A stretch of 64,000 nucleotides of DNA from Limnothrix sp. BL-A-16 (GTDB lineage Bacteria > Cyanobacteriota > Cyanobacteriia > CACIAM-69d). This document shows positions 59,925 through 64,000 of this stretch, piece after piece; within the stretch, counting starts at the first letter, position 1; each line of letters opens with the position of its first letter. The DNA is taken from assembly GCA_041937175.2 (NCBI GenBank), contig CP166615.1, forward strand, positions 3,968,001-4,032,000, given 5' to 3'. The notes beneath the pieces were generated by a model that saw only the letters and a program-made list of their open reading frames with translations, was not told where the DNA came from and did no database searches. A program made the translations under genes and the position numbers.

Positions 59925-61988
59925 CTAACGGGGTTCGATCGCGGCGGCAACCGCCAATGGCTGTTTGGCATCGAGAGGCAGTTGCCCATCGATCGGAATT
60001 TCGATCGTGAAAGTGGTGCTCTGGCCCAGCTGCGATTGGCAACTGAGGCGACCACCATGCTTTTCCTGCACAATTTTGTAGCTGATGGATAGGCCCAAAC
60101 CGGTTCCTTTACCCACATCTTTGGTGGTGAAAAAGGGGTCAAAAATGCGCTGAAGCAAGCCATCGGGAATGCCTAAGGCATTGTCTTGAATTTGGATTTT
60201 GACCCATCGATCGGGCGTGGTTGCCGTAAAAATTTCGATGGTGGGGATCCGCTTCTCCTGAGGATTCAGAATTAATTCCTCTAATGCATCGATCGCGTTC
60301 GAGAGCAAATTCATGATCGCTTGGTTTAATTGCCCCGGATAGCAGGTGACCAAAGGTAGATCGCCATAGTGCTTTTTCACCACAATCTCCGATCGCCCCT
60401 TACCCGACTTCAAGCGACTGCCCAAAATCACCAAGGTGTTATCAATTCCTTCATGGAGATTGACCTGTTTATAGTCTGCTTCATCCAGCCGTGCAAAATT
60501 TCTGAGGGAAGTCACGATTTCACGAATGCGTGATGCTCCTACTTCCATGGAACTCAGCAGTTGGGAAAAGTCTTCGATGATAAAATCCAACTCCTCATCA
60601 TCAATAGGGCCGCTTTCGGATTCCACTTGTAAAGGCTGATCATCCCGATCGCGGTAAGCTGCCATCACAGTCAACAGTTGATTCATATAGAGCTTGGCGT
60701 GAACTAAATTACCGTAGATAAAATTCACAGGATTATTAATTTCATGGGCGATTCCTGCTACTAATTGCCCTAAACCTGACATTTTTTCACTCTGAACTAA
60801 CTGGCTTTGAGCTTGCTTGAGTTCCAGCAGAGTCGCTTCCAAATCATCATTTTTCTGGCCCAGGTCAACCACGACCGTTTGAATTTCGGCTGTCATGCTA
60901 TTGAACGTGGCGGCTAAGGCTCCCAACTCATTTTGTTGTGAAACTTGAACCTTGGTTTGATAGTTGCCTTCTCGGATTTTTTTGGCGGCCGCCGTTAATA
61001 AGGTCAAGGGCTGAATGAGCGATCGCGTGACCAACATCCCGATCGCGGTCGAGATCATAATTGAAATCAATAGGGCCCCCAACAACACTAAGCCCCACTG
61101 TCTGACGGGGGCATAAACTTCCTGCAAAGGCAGCTCCACCACCACATACCATTGGATACTAGACATATAATCCGTGACCCCGAGCACTGGCACATTTGCT
61201 AGACCTTGATAGGAGCGAACTCGGTTGGAATTGGTTCGTTTTTCCGTGGCGTATTGAGTGACATTGGCAGGTGCTTTTTGCAACTGAAAACGCTGATAGG
61301 TTTCGTTGGGCGATCGAGTTTTGGCAATTAATATCCCTCGTCGATCCAGAATGTAGGTATAGCCTGTTTGACCGACTCGATTATGAGCAACAATAAAATC
61401 AAGAAACTCTAAATTAACTTGAGCCACTAGTACCCCATCCAATTGATCTTGCTGGTTATGCACAGGAATGGCGATGGTGATTGCGGGAACTTGTGTCCTA
61501 GGATTCAGTTCCACTTGGGTAATCTGTCGAGATTGATATTGAAACACCCGTTGCACCACGGAATAATAGGGACGAGTGAGGGCAATGGCCGCCGCTTCAT
61601 CACGCACGTAGGGGGCAATGGTAGTTAATAGCTTGCCCTGGCGATCGAACAGGGCAACAGACTCATAACTGTGGTTATCGCGCACCAATCCTTCGAGCAT
61701 ATTGCGATGTTCCCAAGGATGTAGCTCGCTGAATCCGCGCACCTTGGTTAAATAGCTCAAATGGAGTTGCATATCGTCCAAATAGGTCTCAATGCGACTG
61801 ACGATCGATTGGGATCGAATTTGTTGAAGCTGCAAAGTGCGATCAATATAAGACTGGTAGCTCAAACTAATGAGAGCACCCCCAATTAAAACCACATTAC
61901 CGATCACCAAGGTCACCAATCCCACTCGCATTAACATTGCCAGGGAATATTCACGAGCAAAGAAACGGCGGAAAAAGGTTGCTTTCAT
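59925..61988 (-). CDS. Sensor histidine kinase (dCache-HAMP-HisKA-HATPase)
   Basis: 2 TM segments, HAMP (NELGALA..FN.M), AGIAHEINNP, NLLSNAIDA, FFTTK..GKGTGLGL. Confidence 0.93.
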   Translation of the reverse strand: MKATFFRRFFAREYSLAMLMRVGLVTLVIGNVVLIGGALISLSYQSYIDRTLQLQQIRSQSIVSRIETYLDDMQLHLSYLTKVRGFSELHPWEHRNMLEGLVRDNHSYESVALFDRQGKLLTTIAPYVRDEAAAIALTRPYYSVVQRVFQYQSRQITQVELNPRTQVPAITIAIPVHNQQDQLDGVLVAQVNLEFLDFIVAHNRVGQTGYTYILDRRGILIAKTRSPNETYQRFQLQKAPANVTQYATEKRTNSNRVRSYQGLANVPVLGVTDYMSSIQWYVVVELPLQEVYAPVRQWGLVLLGALLISIMISTAIGMLVTRSLIQPLTLLTAAAKKIREGNYQTKVQVSQQNELGALAATFNSMTAEIQTVVVDLGQKNDDLEATLLELKQAQSQLVQSEKMSGLGQLVAGIAHEINNPVNFIYGNLVHAKLYMNQLLTVMAAYRDRDDQPLQVESESGPIDDEELDFIIEDFSQLLSSMEVGASRIREIVTSLRNFARLDEADYKQVNLHEGIDNTLVILGSRLKSGKGRSEIVVKKHYGDLPLVTCYPGQLNQAIMNLLSNAIDALEELILNPQEKRIPTIEIFTATTPDRWVKIQIQDNALGIPDGLLQRIFDPFFTTKDVGKGTGLGLSISYKIVQEKHGGRLSCQSQLGQSTTFTIEIPIDGQLPLDAKQPLAVAAAIEPR

Positions 61989-62085
61989 GGTGATGTGATG
62001 AAAAAGAGAAAAATCCCTTGAACCCGGTCTGAATTTGGTGAGCAATGGTCAAGGCTCAAGGATAACGGTCTTGAACTAAGAAGTC

Positions 62086-63300
62086 TTAGACCTGAATGAG
62101 TTCTTGTCGGTTAAGGTCAAGGGACAAGCCAAAGGATTGGGGCCCACCCACCTGCTCGATCGCTTGTCGGACAAAGCGCTCATCTACCAAATCCTGTGCA
62201 ATGGCTTGGGGATCGAGGTTGCGCAGAAATTCAATTTCGCCTGTGATCAGCGTCGATTGAAGCGATCGCACCAAGGCTGTTGTATAGGATGGAAAAGGAT
62301 AGGGCTGGAATGCGATGCGTTGTGATCGCCATTCCGGATGTTTAATTACCCCTTGAATTCGGTAAAACTCTGAATCAGAATAGGTCAGAACACGATCCAA
62401 AATGGACACTGGATAGGGCATATAATTTCCCCCATCCCGAGAGAGCAAATAGGCTAATTCAGATCGATTAATTTGAGACCATTGTTGTGCTTGAATAATC
62501 GCATTCACCACTCGTTGAGTCCATTGGGAATGTTGCCTAACGTCCGCTTCATGCATCAACACCACACAGCAAGCATGATCTTTCCAAACATCTCCTGTTA
62601 GACGTAATAATTTGCCTATGTGTGTCAATTCTGCCGCTGCATTATGGGGTTCCGCCACGATATAACCCGCTATTTTTCGAGCCTTGAGAGCTGCGACCAT
62701 GTCCGGTGGCGGCAACACTTGCAACGCCACTTCCCGATCGCCCAATTTGCGAGGTTCCGTCCCATGAACCGGCTGCAATCCGTGATCTCGCAACAGAATT
62801 TGCAAAATGACATTGTGCAAGGAATACCAAGAGGGAACGGCGAGCGATCGTCCGGCTAAATCTTGAACCTGATTGATTTCCGGCAAAACCGTGATTGCAG
62901 AACCGTTCGTGTGGTTCCAAGCCATCACTTTGGCGGGAAATTTCAGGCCATAACGCATCCAAATGGCCGTAGGCATCAGGATATGAATCAGGTTGACCTC
63001 CCGCTTCATAAACGCTTGGGCGATCGCATCCCACGATCGATAGCGTTGGATGGGGGCAACGTCTAAATCCTCATGGGCATAAAAGCCTTTTTCCTGGGCT
63101 GCTAATAGGGGTGAAGCGTCGGTGATGGGTAAGTAACCAATTTTGAGGCGGGGTTCTTGGGTGCCCAAGGCCCGATCGAGCCATCCAGTTTGACATCCAC
63201 CCAAAGCACTGGCCAATCCTGTGGAGGTTGCAAATAAACCAGTTAAGTGGAGCCACTGACGGCGGGTTAATGGTTGAGTCCAAGAATCAGGAATAGCCAT
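62086..63300 (-). CDS. NrtA/CmpA-like ABC substrate-binding lipoprotein (Tat signal)
   Basis: TRRQWL Tat motif, lipobox LGGC, IGYLPITDASPL, PPPDMVAAL, VAEP, HACCVV. Confidence 0.88.
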   Translation of the reverse strand: MAIPDSWTQPLTRRQWLHLTGLFATSTGLASALGGCQTGWLDRALGTQEPRLKIGYLPITDASPLLAAQEKGFYAHEDLDVAPIQRYRSWDAIAQAFMKREVNLIHILMPTAIWMRYGLKFPAKVMAWNHTNGSAITVLPEINQVQDLAGRSLAVPSWYSLHNVILQILLRDHGLQPVHGTEPRKLGDREVALQVLPPPDMVAALKARKIAGYIVAEPHNAAAELTHIGKLLRLTGDVWKDHACCVVLMHEADVRQHSQWTQRVVNAIIQAQQWSQINRSELAYLLSRDGGNYMPYPVSILDRVLTYSDSEFYRIQGVIKHPEWRSQRIAFQPYPFPSYTTALVRSLQSTLITGEIEFLRNLDPQAIAQDLVDERFVRQAIEQVGGPQSFGLSLDLNRQELIQV

Positions 63301-63393
63301 GCAAATGGACGAATTTGAAGGAAAAGCAAAGACGCGGTGATTGAATCAAGCCATCGGGGCCAATGGCTCAGAAGTCTTGCTGAGAACTATGGT

Positions 63394-63445
63394 TGAGCAA
63401 TGGGGTTGAGCAATAAGGCTGAGCAATGGGGTTGAGCAATAAGGC
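63394..63445. repeat. Four TGAGCAAT boxes at 13-bp spacing (26-bp unit x2)
   Basis: TGAGCAATGGGGT-TGAGCAATAAGGC x2, upstream of the binding-protein gene. Confidence 0.9.
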
Positions 63446-64000
63446 TCAGAGAGGTGGCTGAGAAATAGGGTTAAAAATCTCATCAACTTCATTCTGAAAA
63501 CTGACCCTTGGACCAAGTTGTCTAGCCTAGTAACCATTATCACTTTCCAAACCCTATTATTCGAGGCAAGATCTCAATGCTTCCCAGTTACTTCCCGGTT
63601 ACTTCCCAAAAATGGGTCAAGAAATGCTGATCATCGCGGCAGGCGCAAAATGCTAATGACGGGTGTTGATGTTCATTCTTGAGGTTCAGGGCTGATATCT
63701 GAATAGGTGTTCAGGAAATAATTAAAACGTCAATGAATAACAGGTTGGATATCAGGCGCAATATCAGGCGCGATATCAGGTGTGATATCAATCCTGGTAT
63801 CCATACTGACTTGTGAACTGGAAGATGGGCTGAAATATCGTAAATTTGCAATATATAGGGCTGAAATCAGGGAATTTTTCAGGCTGATAAAAGTTTTCTG
63901 AGATTTTTGATGGACAGGTGAAATCGTCAGGATCGGCGGCTCTCGAATCATCAAGCCCCAAAAAGTGGATGGGTGCTCCATGAATCGGGATCCAAAATGG

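Noticed and set aside
63530..63543. GTG-N8-TAC variant NtcA site upstream of the binding-protein gene
   Set aside because: The match is imperfect and there is no TAN3T box at the expected spacing.
63730..63981. 83-aa ORF at the window end
   Set aside because: It is made partly of 12-bp tandem repeats (PDIAPDIAPDI), has no recognisable motifs and lies in AT-rich intergenic-like sequence.
1..64000. tRNA/rRNA genes, integrases, anti-phage defence operons
   Set aside because: None recognised. The NYN protein sits in its usual housekeeping context (metG-NYN-lptC), and the GNAT pair shows no antitoxin partner.

Overview
Cyanobacterial chromosomal window. Evidence for this: chlI, ebsA, mgdA, nrrA with a canonical NtcA promoter, and very dense CGATCG/HIP1-type sites. 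It is GC-rich and mostly housekeeping or envelope genes (infC, gyrA/parC-like, murJ, dacB, glk, holB, tmk, fmt, metG, lptC, modAB). The main points not shown by the ORF track are: (1) a solo tnpB IS607-type element (19639-20930) whose empty site can be rebuilt from the sequence; it inserted next to the dacB stop codon and rewrote the protein C-terminus. (2) An orphan IS200/IS605 right end or omegaRNA-like structure (about 58975-59060) with no tnpB, overlapping a neighbouring stop codon. (3) A REP-like 20-bp palindrome, CAAGGGGCTTAAGCCCCTTG, in five copies: four inside two different small repeat cassettes (one a TIR-bounded MITE) and one solo, all just downstream of stop codons. (4) An ABC exporter carrying two histidine-kinase DHp-like repeats in which Tyr replaces the phospho-His. 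(5) An expanded LptC beta-jellyroll with DNA-level repeats. (6) An orphan NrtA-like binding protein paired with a Cache-type histidine kinase. All calls come from motif recognition by eye; no searches were run.
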